Shown here piece after piece: positions 1-9,647 of a stretch of 64,000 nucleotides of DNA (positions are counted from its first letter, which is position 1; the number at the start of each line of letters is the position of its first letter). The stretch is from an uncultured Thermoleophilaceae bacterium. Its GTDB lineage: Bacteria > Actinomycetota > Thermoleophilia > Solirubrobacterales > Thermoleophilaceae. A program made the position numbers and the translations under genes. The DNA lies in the NCBI GenBank assembly GCA_963733655.1, contig CAVTEX010000005.1, positions 187,834 to 251,833 on the forward strand, read 5' to 3'. The notes beneath the pieces are model-generated. The model made no database searches, had not been told where the DNA came from, and saw nothing but the letters and a program-made list of their open reading frames with translations.

Positions 1-1686
1 CTCGGCCTCGGCTCCGAAGCGCTCGGCAGCGCGCTCGTTGACGAGCGCGGCGACCGCTTCGCACGCCTCCTTCACGGCACCGCCGGTGAACCAGGTCTGC
101 CGCGACGCGGAAGAGGACCCGGCGTTGCCAACGGCGGTGTCGGCGGGAAGCACGACCACCCGCTCCACACCCAGCACCTCGCGGGCGATCTGCTCCTGAA
201 CGGTCACCGAGCCCTGGCCGACCTCGCAGGCCGCGGTGTGGACCTCCACGAGCGGCTGGCCGGCCGCCAGCGAAAGCCGGACACGCGCGGTCGAGTAGTC
301 GTCGAAGCCGCCGGAGAAGCCCACGTTCTTGAAGCCGACGGTGTAGCCGACCCCGCGGCGAATCCCCTCTCCGTGCGTGGTGTTCGAGACTCCGCCGGGC
401 AGCTCCCGGACGTCGAGCTCGTCGCCGGCGGCGGCGGGATGCGGCATCGATTCGAGCTCCCCGAGCAGCCGCGCCACCGGGGCCGGGCCGTCGATCGCCT
501 GGCCGGTGGGGAGCCTGGTGCCCGTCGTCATCGCGTTGCGCCTACGAAGCTCGACCGGGTCGATCCCCGCGGCAGCCGCGAGCTTGTCCATCTGGGCCTC
601 GTAGGCGAAGCAGGTCTGCACCGCCCCGAAGCCGCGCATCGCGCCGCAGGGCGGGTTGTTGGTGTAGACGACGTAGGTGTCGATGTCGGCGTTCGGGCAG
701 CTGTAGGGACCGACGCCGGTGGTGGCGGCGTTGAGGCAGACCGCCATCGAGCTCGAGGCGTAGGCCCCGCCGTCGAGCACGATGTGCGCCTTCACGTACA
801 CGAGCTCACCGTCCCGGCGGGCACCGTGCTCGTACTGCAGGCGCGCCGGATGCCGGTGGACATGGCCGTAGAACGACTCCTCGCGCGAATAGACCATCTT
901 CACCGGCCGCCCGGTGTGCAGCGCGAGCATGCAGGCGTGGATCTGCATCGAGAGGTCCTCGCGCCCACCGAAGGCGCCGCCCACCCCGGCGTTGGTGATC
1001 CTCACCCGCTCAGGCGGCAGCCCTAAGCTGGCTGACACCTGGGCGAGATCCACATGCAGCCACTGGGTGGCCACATAGAGCTCCACGCCGCCGTCCTCGC
1101 CCGGGATCGCCAGGCCGGACTCGGGGCCGAGGAAGGCCTGATCCTGCATGCCGAGCTCGTACTCGCCCTCCACCACCAGCTCGGCGGCCGCGGGCTCCCC
1201 GCGCCGCACGTGGATGTGCCTGAGGACGTTGCCGCCGTCGTGCAGCCGCGGCCCGCCGCCCGCGGCCGCCAGGTCCATGTCCACGAGCGGCTCCAGCGGC
1301 TCGTAGTCGACGTCGACGAGCGCGGCTGCGCGGCGCGCGGTCTCCGGGTGGTCGGCGGCCACGATCGCCACCGGCTCGCCCTGGTAGCGCACCACGTCGA
1401 TCGCGAGGACGGGCTGGTCCGGCAGCTCGAGGCCGTAGGTCTTGCGACCCGGCACGTCCTCGTGGGTCAGGATGGCGCGCACACCGGGCAGCGCGAGCGC
1501 CCGCGCGAACTCGATCGAGCGCACGCGCGCGTATGGGTGTGGGCTGCGCAGGGTGGCCCCCCACAGCATCCCGTCCGCCCACAGGTCCGACGAGTAGGCG
1601 AACTCGCCCTTCACCTTGAGCCTCCCGTCGGGGCGATCCGCGCTCACGCCGATCGCCGGCGGGCGAACCCGGGTGGTGGCGGTCAC
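1..1686 (-). CDS. xanthine dehydrogenase/aldehyde oxidase-family molybdopterin-binding large subunit (N-terminal part only; runs off the window start)
   Basis: Own minus-strand translation from GTG at 1686: VTATTRVRPPAIGVSADRPDGRLKVKGEFAYSSDLWADGMLWGATLRSPHPYARVRSIEF...VPGRKTYGLELPDQPVLAIDVVRYQGEPVAIVAADHPE. This is a typical N-terminus for the family. GTGA overlap with the 2Fe-2S subunit stop. Absent from the ORF track because it has no stop in the window. Confidence 0.85.
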   Translation of the reverse strand, partial: MTATTRVRPPAIGVSADRPDGRLKVKGEFAYSSDLWADGMLWGATLRSPHPYARVRSIEFARALALPGVRAILTHEDVPGRKTYGLELPDQPVLAIDVVRYQGEPVAIVAADHPETARRAAALVDVDYEPLEPLVDMDLAAAGGGPRLHDGGNVLRHIHVRRGEPAAAELVVEGEYELGMQDQAFLGPESGLAIPGEDGGVELYVATQWLHVDLAQVSASLGLPPERVRITNAGVGGAFGGREDLSMQIHACMLALHTGRPVKMVYSREESFYGHVHRHPARLQYEHGARRDGELVYVKAHIVLDGGAYASSSMAVCLNAATTGVGPYSCPNADIDTYVVYTNNPPCGAMRGFGAVQTCFAYEAQMDKLAAAAGIDPVELRRRNAMTTGTRLPTGQAIDGPAPVARLLGELESMPHPAAAGDELDVRELPGGVSNTTHGEGIRRGVGYTVGFKNVGFSGGFDDYSTARVRLSLAAGQPLVEVHTAACEVGQGSVTVQEQIAREVLGVERVVVLPADTAVGNAGSSSASRQTWFTGGAVKEACEAVAALVNERAAERFGAEAE

Positions 1687-2138
1687 GCAATCACCCGCCG
1701 CACCGCTTCCAGGATCTTCTCGTAACCCGTGCACCGGCAGAGGTTGCCCGCCAGCGCCTCGCGGATCTCGGGCTCGCTCGGGGCGGGATTGCGCGCGAGC
1801 AGGTCGTGCGTCGCGACGATCAGGCCGGGCGTGCAGAATCCGCACTGCACCGCGCCCGCCTCGAGGTAGGCCTCCTGGATCGGATGGAGACCGTCGTCCT
1901 CCGCCAAGCCCTCGACCGTGACGATCTCGGCGCCGGCAGCCTGGCCCGCCGCCACGAGGCATGAGCACACCAGTGTCCCGTCCATGTACACCGAGCAGGA
2001 CCCGCATTCACCCTGCTCGCAGGCGTTCTTCGAGCCCGGCAGACCCATCCGCTCACGCAGCACGTAGAGCAGGCTCTCACCCTCCCAGGCGTCGTCGATC
2101 GTGCGTCGCTCGCCGTTCACCGTGCACTCGATCCGCAT
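1683..2138 (-). CDS. (2Fe-2S)-binding small subunit of a xanthine dehydrogenase/CO dehydrogenase-family enzyme
   Basis: 151-aa ORF with both cluster motifs (CEQGECGSCSV and CGFCTPG...CRCTGY). Tightly packed between the other two subunit genes. Confidence 0.95.
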   Translation of the reverse strand: MRIECTVNGERRTIDDAWEGESLLYVLRERMGLPGSKNACEQGECGSCSVYMDGTLVCSCLVAAGQAAGAEIVTVEGLAEDDGLHPIQEAYLEAGAVQCGFCTPGLIVATHDLLARNPAPSEPEIREALAGNLCRCTGYEKILEAVRRVIA

Positions 2139-2141
2139 CTC

Positions 2142-3002
2142 CTATGCGTCCCCCGACATGGCCCAGGCGAGAGTGCGACGGGCGAGCACCGCCAGCGCGT
2201 GCTGGCGGTAGGCGGCGCTGCTTCGGACGTCGTCGATCGGGCGCGCCGCCGACGCCACGAGCTCGCCGAAGCGCTCGAGCGCCGGCTCGCCGAGCGGCTG
2301 CCCGCCCTCCCACGAGTCCGCCTCGCCGAGCATGCCCGCGAGGAACTCCTCGGCCGCGGCCGCCACGAGCGGCGTGGGCCCGGCCGATCCGATGCCCGTG
2401 CCCACGCGGCGGGTGGCCGGATCGATCGAGAGCGCGAACGAACACGCGGCGATCACCATCGCGTTGCGCGTGCCGATCTTCGAGAACTGCTCGCGCCCGC
2501 CCGCCGGGACAACCCGCACGGCCGCGATCAGCTCGTCATGCGCGAGCACGCTCTCCTTCGGCCCCGTGAAGAACTCGCGCACCGCGACGCGCCGAACCCC
2601 GCGCACGGAGGCGAGCTCGACGTCAGCGTGGGCTGCGAGCAGCGGTGGATGCGCGTCGCCCGCCGGCGACGCCGATCCGAGGTTCCCGCCGATCGTGCCG
2701 CGGTTGCGAATCTGGGGCGACCCGACCGTCCGGGAGGCGAGCGCGAGGCCGGGCAGCGGGACGCCGAGCTCCGCAATAACGCGCGTATATGAGACACCGG
2801 CGCCCACGCGCAGCTCCCCGCTCTCCGGCCCCCAGTCGCGCAGCTCGCGCACGCGGGAGAGATCGAGGATCGCCCCCGGCCGCCGCCGGTCGAAGTTCAG
2901 CTCGACCATCACGTCGGTCCCGCCCGCCAGCGGCAGGCTCTCGGGGTGGGCGGCCCTCAGCGCAAGAGCGTCCTCCCAGGTTGTCGGCTGGATGAAATCC
3001 AT
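2142..3002 (-). CDS. FAD-binding medium subunit of a xanthine dehydrogenase-family enzyme
   Basis: Track ORF 2142..3380 trimmed to the ATG at 3002 (MDFIQPTTWEDALALRAAHPESLPLAGGTDVMVELNF...), a CoxM/XdhB-like FAD-binding N-terminus. Residues upstream of it look like off-frame filler. Confidence 0.9.
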   Translation of the reverse strand: MDFIQPTTWEDALALRAAHPESLPLAGGTDVMVELNFDRRRPGAILDLSRVRELRDWGPESGELRVGAGVSYTRVIAELGVPLPGLALASRTVGSPQIRNRGTIGGNLGSASPAGDAHPPLLAAHADVELASVRGVRRVAVREFFTGPKESVLAHDELIAAVRVVPAGGREQFSKIGTRNAMVIAACSFALSIDPATRRVGTGIGSAGPTPLVAAAAEEFLAGMLGEADSWEGGQPLGEPALERFGELVASAARPIDDVRSSAAYRQHALAVLARRTLAWAMSGDA

Positions 3003-3035
3003 CGTCACGGGCTCCGGCTCATAATCGTCCACAGT

Positions 3036-4754
3036 TTGACCGACCGCCGGCACCTGATCGCCGTCGCCAGGGGTGACGAGCCCGCGGACCTCGTGGTCCG
3101 CGGCGCACGCGTGTTCAGCGTCTTCACGCGGGAGTGGCTCGAGGGGGACGTGGCGGTGGCCGGCGGCCGCTTCGCCGGCGTCGGCCAGTACGACGGAGCG
3201 GAGACGGTCGACGCCGGAGGGAGCCTGGCCGTGCCCGGGTTCGTGGACGCCCACGTGCACATCGAATCGTCGATGCTCACGCTCGAGCGCTTCGCCGAGG
3301 TGGTGCTCGCCCGCGGGACCACGACCGTGGTCGCCGATCCACACGAGCTCGCCAACGTGGTGGGCGCCGACGGCGTGCAATGGCTGCTGGACGCTGCGGA
3401 GCGGGTACCGCTGAACCTGTACGTGATGGCGCCGTCGTGCGTGCCCGCGAGCCGTTTCGAATCGCCACGGGGGCCGCTCGAGGTGGACGAGATGGAGGGG
3501 ATCCTGGGCCGTGCGGGGGCACTGGGGGTGGCGGAGATGATGAACTTCCCGGCGGTCATAGCCGGCGAGCCTTCAGTGCTCGGCAGGGTCGCGGCTCGCG
3601 GGGCCACGCACGTGGACGGCCACGCCCCCGGCGTGAGCGGGCTGGCCCTCAACGCCTACCTGGCCGCCGGTATCGCGTCCGATCACGAGGCGACGACTTA
3701 CGAGGAGGCCCTCGAGAAGCGGCGCAAGGGCGCCTGGGTCCTGATCCGCGAGGCCTCGAACGCGCGCAACCTCGAGGCGCTGCTTCCCCTCGTGCGGCGC
3801 TACGGCCCCGAGCGCTGCGCGTTCTGCACGGACGACCGAGAGGCCGATGTGCTGCTCGACGAGGGCCACATCGACGGCATGTGCCGCGCCGCTGTGCGCG
3901 CCGGCCTGGCGGCCGAGGACGCCCTCGTGCTCGCAACCCACAACGCAGCCGCCTGCCACGGACTGCTCGACCTGGGGGCGATCGCCCCGGGCTACCGCGC
4001 CGATTTCGCCCTCCTCTCCGACTTGACGGAGTTCGCACCGTCGCGGGTATTCAAGGATGGCCGGCTCGTGGCCGCGGACGGTGAGGCCCTGCCGATCGCC
4101 GCGCCGGACCTTCCCGACTGGCTGACCGGCACAGTCAGGGTGGGCGAGGTCGCCGCGTCCGATCTCGCCATTCCGGCGAGCGGAGCCCCGATCAGGGTGA
4201 TCGAGCTGGTGCCCGATCAGCTCCTGACCGAGTCACGAGTGGAACCGCCCAGGATCGTGGACGGCCTGGCCGAAGCGGATCCGGACCGCGACCTGGCCAA
4301 GATCGCTGTGTTCGAGCGCCATCACGCGAGCGGGCGAGTGGGGCGCGGGTTTGTCCGCGGCTTCGGCCTGCGCGAGGGCGCGTTCGCCTCCACGGTCTCG
4401 CACGACGCCCACAACGTGATCGTCGTCGGCGCCTCCGACGACGACATGGAGCTGTGCGTTCGCCGGCTCGCCGGGCTCGGCGGCGGCATCGTGGTCGCCC
4501 GCGACGGGGTCGTGCTCGCGGAGCTGGCCCTGCCGCTCGCCGGCCTGATGTCGGACCGGCCGGGCCCCGAGGTGGCTGCCTCGCTGCGCGAGCTGAGCGC
4601 CGCGGCGGGGGCGCTCGGCGTCCGCGTGCGCGCACCGTTCATGGCGCTCAGCTTCCTCGGGCTCTCGGTGATCCCCTCTCTGAAGATCACCGACCGGGGT
4701 CTGGTCGACGTCGACCGCTTCGAGCTGGTCCCGCTGGAGGTCGGCGCGAGCTGA
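3036..4754 (+). CDS. ade: adenine deaminase
   Basis: Track ORF 2946..4754 with LVVRGARVFSV...GGRFAGVG...VPGFVDAHVHIESSML...VVADPHELANV and a conserved C-terminal domain. Start placed at in-frame TTG 3036 (LTDRRHLIAVARGDEPADLVV), just past the divergent FAD-subunit start. The start codon is uncertain. Confidence 0.85.
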   Translation: MTDRRHLIAVARGDEPADLVVRGARVFSVFTREWLEGDVAVAGGRFAGVGQYDGAETVDAGGSLAVPGFVDAHVHIESSMLTLERFAEVVLARGTTTVVADPHELANVVGADGVQWLLDAAERVPLNLYVMAPSCVPASRFESPRGPLEVDEMEGILGRAGALGVAEMMNFPAVIAGEPSVLGRVAARGATHVDGHAPGVSGLALNAYLAAGIASDHEATTYEEALEKRRKGAWVLIREASNARNLEALLPLVRRYGPERCAFCTDDREADVLLDEGHIDGMCRAAVRAGLAAEDALVLATHNAAACHGLLDLGAIAPGYRADFALLSDLTEFAPSRVFKDGRLVAADGEALPIAAPDLPDWLTGTVRVGEVAASDLAIPASGAPIRVIELVPDQLLTESRVEPPRIVDGLAEADPDRDLAKIAVFERHHASGRVGRGFVRGFGLREGAFASTVSHDAHNVIVVGASDDDMELCVRRLAGLGGGIVVARDGVVLAELALPLAGLMSDRPGPEVAASLRELSAAAGALGVRVRAPFMALSFLGLSVIPSLKITDRGLVDVDRFELVPLEVGAS

Positions 4755-4763
4755 CCGGGCGGC

Positions 4764-5225
4764 TTGACGAATGAGGAGCAAGCGGTGGATGCTTCGGGAC
4801 TAGCAATGGCCGAAAGCCCGCTCCCACGCTCGAGCGAACCGCTCGTCGAGGCGATTGCGACGCGGCTGCGCCGCGTCGACCTCGTCGGTTGGGCGCGGAT
4901 CGCCGCGTGGGCCGAGAAGCTCGAGCTGTCGTTCGAGGACCTGCGTCTGCTCCTCGCGCTGACCACCAAGGACGGGCCCAGCAGCGTAAGCGACCTCGCC
5001 GGCATCAGTGGCCTTTCGCTCGACTCGGCATATCCCACGATCCACTCTCTACGCGGGCGCGGCTACCTGCGCGAGGAACGACGTCGATACTCGCTCACAG
5101 ACGACGGCCAAGAGTTGGTGGCCATCCTGGACGGGGCCCACCGTGAGGGAATCCAGGCATACGTGGACGAACTCGATCCCCGCGAGCGACAGCGGCTCGA
5201 GGAGGCCTTCGAGATCAGCAAGTGA
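4764..5225 (+). CDS. MarR-family (winged-helix) transcriptional regulator
   Basis: 153 aa. LSFEDLRLLLALTTKDGPSSVSDLAGISGLSLDSAYPTIHSLRGRGYLREERRRYSLTDDG has the MarR-like wHTH layout. Start could instead be the ATG at 4806. Confidence 0.6.
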   Translation: MTNEEQAVDASGLAMAESPLPRSSEPLVEAIATRLRRVDLVGWARIAAWAEKLELSFEDLRLLLALTTKDGPSSVSDLAGISGLSLDSAYPTIHSLRGRGYLREERRRYSLTDDGQELVAILDGAHREGIQAYVDELDPRERQRLEEAFEISK

Positions 5226-5264
5226 TCCTGGCCGGCGCGAGGGCGAAGGCGAGCCCCTGCTTGG

Positions 5265-6647
5265 CTAGTCCTTCGCGAGCGGGATCAGCAGGTCCGTGAG
5301 CCCGAAGCGTTCTCCGCGCGCGGGCAGCGGAGGGGTCCAGTCGGGCTGGCGCGAGCGGTATGAGGCGGGGTCGGCGTCGATGATCCCGATCAATACCTCG
5401 GCCACGATCCGGCCCCCGACGGGTCCAAGCCGCTCGCCGTCGGCTCTGTGCTGGGCCTCCCTCAGAACGTACAGCCATAGCGGTGTTTCGCCGCTCCACC
5501 CAGCGGGCCCAAGGCCGGTCTGGTCAGCATCGAGCGCGGGCTCGCCCATCGCGCGCGCGACGCTCTCCCCGGAGGGCAGGCCGTACGCGTGTCCGCGTTG
5601 GAGGTCGCGGCCGGCGAGCGAGCGGTGGGCCTCGGCTTCGACCTCGCCAGTGATCGCATGCGGGAGCGCGATCAGCGAGGGCGCCAGCGTGCCGTCGATC
5701 AGCTTCGCGCGCTGCGCCGGTGGCCGGCCGGGAACGTCGAAGAGCCGGTCCCACTCGATGGCGCGCTCGGCCGCGACCGGGCGGAAGCCCAGCAGGTCCG
5801 GGAACAGGCGCAGCCGCCCCGACCGCGGGTTGAGCTCGAATTCCTCGCGAACCTGGCTGTGCCCATAACGGAAGGCGCCGTCCGCGAATTCGAGCGGGAT
5901 CCGCGGGGCGGGACCCGGCCGGTAGTGGCGTGGGCCCTCGGATTCGATCTCGCCGACGAGAGCGGGCCCCACCAGCCGCGGCAGGTAGTCGTTGATGATG
6001 ACCCACTGGTAGAGCCAGGAGACGGTGCGCCGCGCCTCGTCGAAGATCGCCGACTCCGGCACCGCGGCAGACCCCCGGAAGTGATCGACCACGCAGTTGT
6101 GCAGGCCGAGCATCGCCAAGTGCAGCTGGGAGACAAAGATATGGGTGTCATTACGCGGATCGCCAATCAGCGCGATGCCCTCACGATTGCGCGGAAGGTC
6201 GGCGTCCTCGCCCGCATCATTCACGCCGAGCAGCATCATGGCTGGGTCGTCGCGCCGGTAGAGGAACGGGTTGCCGACCGGACCGTCGCCGTAGATGCAT
6301 TCGAGGTTCGCGCGCGGAGTTCGGAAGTTCGCGGTGCGCTCACCGGCCGCTCGGTGGGCCAGCGGGCTGCGGTCGGCCGTGATGTCGTGGGCGATCAGCT
6401 GGCCGAAGAAGGGCCAGCCGGCCGCGACGTCGACGGCGTCGGGGCAGGCGTCACCCCCGTCGCAGATGCTGCCTGGACCCGCCAGCCCGAGCAGCCGCTC
6501 CTCATCTCCCTTGATCGGGGGCAGATCTGGGAAGAGCCGCTCGTACCTGTCCGCTGCGCCGTCGAGCGGCGCGTCGATGGAGCGAGACGGCGCGAGGCAG
6601 CTGCCGCGCCCGGACTCGATCGGCAGCTCCGCCGTCGGGGTGACCAT
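5265..6647 (-). CDS. animal-haem-peroxidase (peroxidase-cyclooxygenase superfamily) homologue
   Basis: 460 aa with family signatures FFGQLIAHDIT, LIGDPRNDTHIFVSQLH and FRYGHSQV. No N-terminal signal peptide visible. Confidence 0.8.
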   Translation of the reverse strand: MVTPTAELPIESGRGSCLAPSRSIDAPLDGAADRYERLFPDLPPIKGDEERLLGLAGPGSICDGGDACPDAVDVAAGWPFFGQLIAHDITADRSPLAHRAAGERTANFRTPRANLECIYGDGPVGNPFLYRRDDPAMMLLGVNDAGEDADLPRNREGIALIGDPRNDTHIFVSQLHLAMLGLHNCVVDHFRGSAAVPESAIFDEARRTVSWLYQWVIINDYLPRLVGPALVGEIESEGPRHYRPGPAPRIPLEFADGAFRYGHSQVREEFELNPRSGRLRLFPDLLGFRPVAAERAIEWDRLFDVPGRPPAQRAKLIDGTLAPSLIALPHAITGEVEAEAHRSLAGRDLQRGHAYGLPSGESVARAMGEPALDADQTGLGPAGWSGETPLWLYVLREAQHRADGERLGPVGGRIVAEVLIGIIDADPASYRSRQPDWTPPLPARGERFGLTDLLIPLAKD

Positions 6648-6706
6648 TGCCAGAGGGTACGGAGCCGCGCAGGTCTAAGCCGACATGTAACGGGATCGGC
6701 TGGTCA

Positions 6707-7054
6707 CTACCCGTGGGCCAGCACGCTGATGACGACACCCTGCGGATCGCGAACGAAGAAGCGACGGACGCCCCAGGGCTCGTCAACCGGACCGTAGATC
6801 ACCTCGTGCCCGGCGCGCACTGCCTCAGCGTGTGCCGCTTCGACGGCTTCAGGCGAATCGACGTCCACGCCCATGTCGGGCAGGACTGCCTCCACGCCTG
6901 GCGGGGCGAAGACGACCTGCGCCTGGCCGGATCCAAAGCCCACGTAGCCGCCTCCGAAAGTGCCCTCCTCGAGCCCGAGCACCTGCGTATAGAAGACACG
7001 CGTTGCCTCGAGGTCCGGTGACTCGTAGTAGGGCATGATCCGTCGGACAGCCAC
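6707..7054 (-). CDS. VOC (glyoxalase/bleomycin-resistance) family protein
   Basis: 115 aa. DLEATRVFYTQVLGLEE ... WGVRRFFVRDPQGVVISVLAH is the typical VOC beta-alpha-beta-beta-beta pattern. Alternative start ATG 7036. Confidence 0.8.
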   Translation of the reverse strand: MAVRRIMPYYESPDLEATRVFYTQVLGLEEGTFGGGYVGFGSGQAQVVFAPPGVEAVLPDMGVDVDSPEAVEAAHAEAVRAGHEVIYGPVDEPWGVRRFFVRDPQGVVISVLAHG

Positions 7055-7085
7055 ACGCAGCAGTGTCGCAGCCGCGCCTCGACTC

Positions 7086-8072
7086 TCACCCCGCCGCGGC
7101 GGTGATCAGCGCGCCGTCCTGCTCGCCGGCGGTCCTCCTGATCGCTCCCGGCGAGACGCCGATGACGCGCTTGAAGGCGCGGCTGAAGGCGGCCTCGGAC
7201 CGGTAGCCGAGCCGGTCGGCGAGCTGGCCCACCGTTGCGCCCTCCTCCTTCAGCGCAGCTACCGCGACATGCATGCGCCAGCGTGCGACGTAGCTCATCA
7301 CCGGCTCGCCGACGAGGTCGGTGAAGCGGGCGGCAAACGCCGAGCGCGACATCGCCAGCTCGTTGGCCAGGGAGGCGACGGTCCAATTCCGAGCCGGATC
7401 ACGATGGATGTTTGAGATGGCGCGGCCGATCTGGGGGTCCTGGAGAGCTCCCAGCCATCCCCTCTGAGCGGCCGGATCGCTCTCGATCCAGGCCCGGATC
7501 GCCTGAATCACGAGGATGTCCCCGAGGCGCGTGATCACCGCCTCGCCGCCGGGCCGCAGCTCGGCGGCCTCGGAGGCCATCAGGCGCAGCAGGCTCTGCA
7601 TCCACTCCAGCCGAGGCGAGCTGGACGCCTCGACGTGGATCGTCTTCGGGAGGATGTCGATGAGGTTGCCGGCTGCCGGATGCTCGAAGCGCACGGCCCC
7701 GCAGATCAGGCCGGTGGGCGCGCCACCCTCGCCGTGACGAAGGATCTCGTAGCGATCGCTGACCGCCTCACGCTCTAGGTCCAGAATCCCCGGCGCGGGA
7801 GCTCCCGGTTCGCTGCACAGGACGTGGCCGTCCCCGTGCGGCACCAGCGCGAGGTCTCCGAGCTGGATCCAGCTGTGCTCCTCCTCCCCGGTCTCAAGCC
7901 AGAGCCGGCCCGAGGTCACAACGTGAAACCAGATGTACCCCGGCGTCGGCGGCAGCGTGAGTCCCCAGGGTGCCGTGAGCTCGGAGCGGCAGTAGTACGC
8001 GCCGTTCATCCGCAGGAAGTGCAGTGCCTCGCCCAGGGGATCGGACGGCGGGAAGGGGTCGGGCGCTTCCAT
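7086..8072 (-). CDS. AraC-family transcriptional regulator with N-terminal cupin-type sensor domain
   Basis: 328 aa. C-terminal double HTH (WTVASLANELAMSRSAFAARFTDLVGEPVMSYVARWRMHVA...LADRLGYRSEAAFSRAFKRVIGVSPG). Confidence 0.9.
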   Translation of the reverse strand: MEAPDPFPPSDPLGEALHFLRMNGAYYCRSELTAPWGLTLPPTPGYIWFHVVTSGRLWLETGEEEHSWIQLGDLALVPHGDGHVLCSEPGAPAPGILDLEREAVSDRYEILRHGEGGAPTGLICGAVRFEHPAAGNLIDILPKTIHVEASSSPRLEWMQSLLRLMASEAAELRPGGEAVITRLGDILVIQAIRAWIESDPAAQRGWLGALQDPQIGRAISNIHRDPARNWTVASLANELAMSRSAFAARFTDLVGEPVMSYVARWRMHVAVAALKEEGATVGQLADRLGYRSEAAFSRAFKRVIGVSPGAIRRTAGEQDGALITAAAG

Positions 8073-8189
8073 GAGGCCAAGTATGCATGACGTGGTCTGT
8101 CTCGTCCAGCGCTATGGACGATTGAGCATGGATCTACGCGGTTTAGTCATAGACCAGCCAGGTTTTCCACGGAACACTGGACGCACTGC

Positions 8190-8783
8190 ATGAACGACCA
8201 AATCGGAGCAACCATGGCATACAGAGGACAGACACTTGAGAACCCGGCCAGCGGAGAGCGCATCACGTTCCGCCAGACATCGGCGGAGACCGGCGGCGAG
8301 CTGCTGGCGATCGACCTCGAGCTTCCCGCGAACCGGCGGGTCCCGGGTGGCCAGCACGTGCACCCGAACCAGGAGGAGCGCTTCGAGGTCGTCGAGGGCA
8401 CGATGCGCTTCAGGATGGGACGCAAGCGGGTCGTGGCGGGGCCCGGCGAGGTGGTCGTCGTCCCCGCCGGCCAGAAGCACGACTTCGCGAATATCGGCGA
8501 CGGTGACGCGCTCGTTCGCGTCGAGGTGAGCCCGGCACTGCAGATGGAACGGCTCTTCGAGACCGCCGTCGCCCTCGCTGAGCAGGGCCGCACCACGTCG
8601 GGCGGCATTCCGAAGCCGCTCGATCTCGCCCTGTTCACCGAGGAGTTCGAGGACGAGGTACAGGGAGCGTTCCCGCCCCGCTGGCTGCAGCGCATCGTTC
8701 TTGCACCGCTGGCCTGGCTTGCGAGGCGCCGCGGTCGGGCAGCCGCGACACCGTCGCCGCGGCCGCTCGAGGTTCAGGCATGA
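8190..8783 (+). CDS. cupin domain protein
   Basis: 197 aa. GGQHVHPNQEERFEVVEGTMRF...GEVVVVPAGQKHDF matches cupin motifs 1 and 2. Divergent from the AraC gene. Confidence 0.8.
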   Translation: MNDQIGATMAYRGQTLENPASGERITFRQTSAETGGELLAIDLELPANRRVPGGQHVHPNQEERFEVVEGTMRFRMGRKRVVAGPGEVVVVPAGQKHDFANIGDGDALVRVEVSPALQMERLFETAVALAEQGRTTSGGIPKPLDLALFTEEFEDEVQGAFPPRWLQRIVLAPLAWLARRRGRAAATPSPRPLEVQA

Positions 8784-9637
8784 GCGACAACTCGAGACAA
8801 GCACCCACGCTGGTGCTCGGCGGCACCGGCAAGATCGGCCGCCGAGTGGTGGAGCGCCTCACCGCCCGCGGCCTGCCCGTTCGGATCGGCTCGCGTTCGG
8901 GCGAGCCTCGTTTCGACTGGGAGGACCGCTCGACCTGGGACCCGGTTCTGGAAGAGGTTGGATCGGCCTACGTCTCCCACTACTGGGACGCGCTTCCGGG
9001 GGCCGCGGAGACGCTGGGCTCGTTCGCCCACCTGGCCGTGGAGCGCGGCGTTTCGCGTCTCGTTCTGTTGTCCGGGCGCGGCGAGAAGGAGGCCGAGCGT
9101 GGGGAGCGGGCAGTGCGCGACTCCGGCGCCGATCTGACGGTCATGCGCTCGACCTGGTTCGCCCAGAACTTCAGCGAGGACTACTGGCAGGAGCAGGTCC
9201 AGGCAGGCGAGCTGGCGCTTCCGGCCGCAGACACGCCGGAGCCGTTCGTTGACGCCGAGGACATCGCCGACGTCGCGGTCGCGGCACTGACCGACGATCG
9301 GCACGTCGGCGAGCTCTACGAGCTCACCGGGCCCCGGCTCCTCACGTTCGCGGAGGCGGTCCATGAGATCTCTCGGGCAGTCGGCCGCGAGATCCGCTAC
9401 GTGCCGATCTCGATCGAGGACTTCGCCGCCGCCGCTGGCGAGCAGGGCGTTCCGAGCGAGGTCGTCGAGATGCTGACCTTCATCTTCGGCGAGGTTCTCG
9501 ACGGCCGCAACGCCCGCCTGGCCGACGGCGTCAAACGTGCCCTCGGCCGCGAGCCGCGGGACTTCCGCGACTACGCACGCAACGTGGCCGCCACCGGTAC
9601 CTGGGACCCCAGGCCCGCATTCACACGACACAACTAA
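8780..9637 (+). CDS. NmrA-family NAD(P)-binding protein
   Basis: 285 aa. Rossmann start TLVLGGTGKIGRRVVERL and NmrA-like remainder. 4-nt overlap with the cupin gene. Confidence 0.85.
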   Translation: MSDNSRQAPTLVLGGTGKIGRRVVERLTARGLPVRIGSRSGEPRFDWEDRSTWDPVLEEVGSAYVSHYWDALPGAAETLGSFAHLAVERGVSRLVLLSGRGEKEAERGERAVRDSGADLTVMRSTWFAQNFSEDYWQEQVQAGELALPAADTPEPFVDAEDIADVAVAALTDDRHVGELYELTGPRLLTFAEAVHEISRAVGREIRYVPISIEDFAAAAGEQGVPSEVVEMLTFIFGEVLDGRNARLADGVKRALGREPRDFRDYARNVAATGTWDPRPAFTRHN

Positions 9638-9647
9638 GGAGGCCAAC

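Noticed and set aside
5589-6797. 402-aa plus-strand ORF
   Set aside because: It is antisense to the haem peroxidase gene and has no motifs. The same reasoning applies to 8774..9754(-), 18128..19273(+), 22790..24076(+), 24317..25513(-), 24400..25596(+), 42878..44353(-), 48641..49699(-) and 53808..54866(-).
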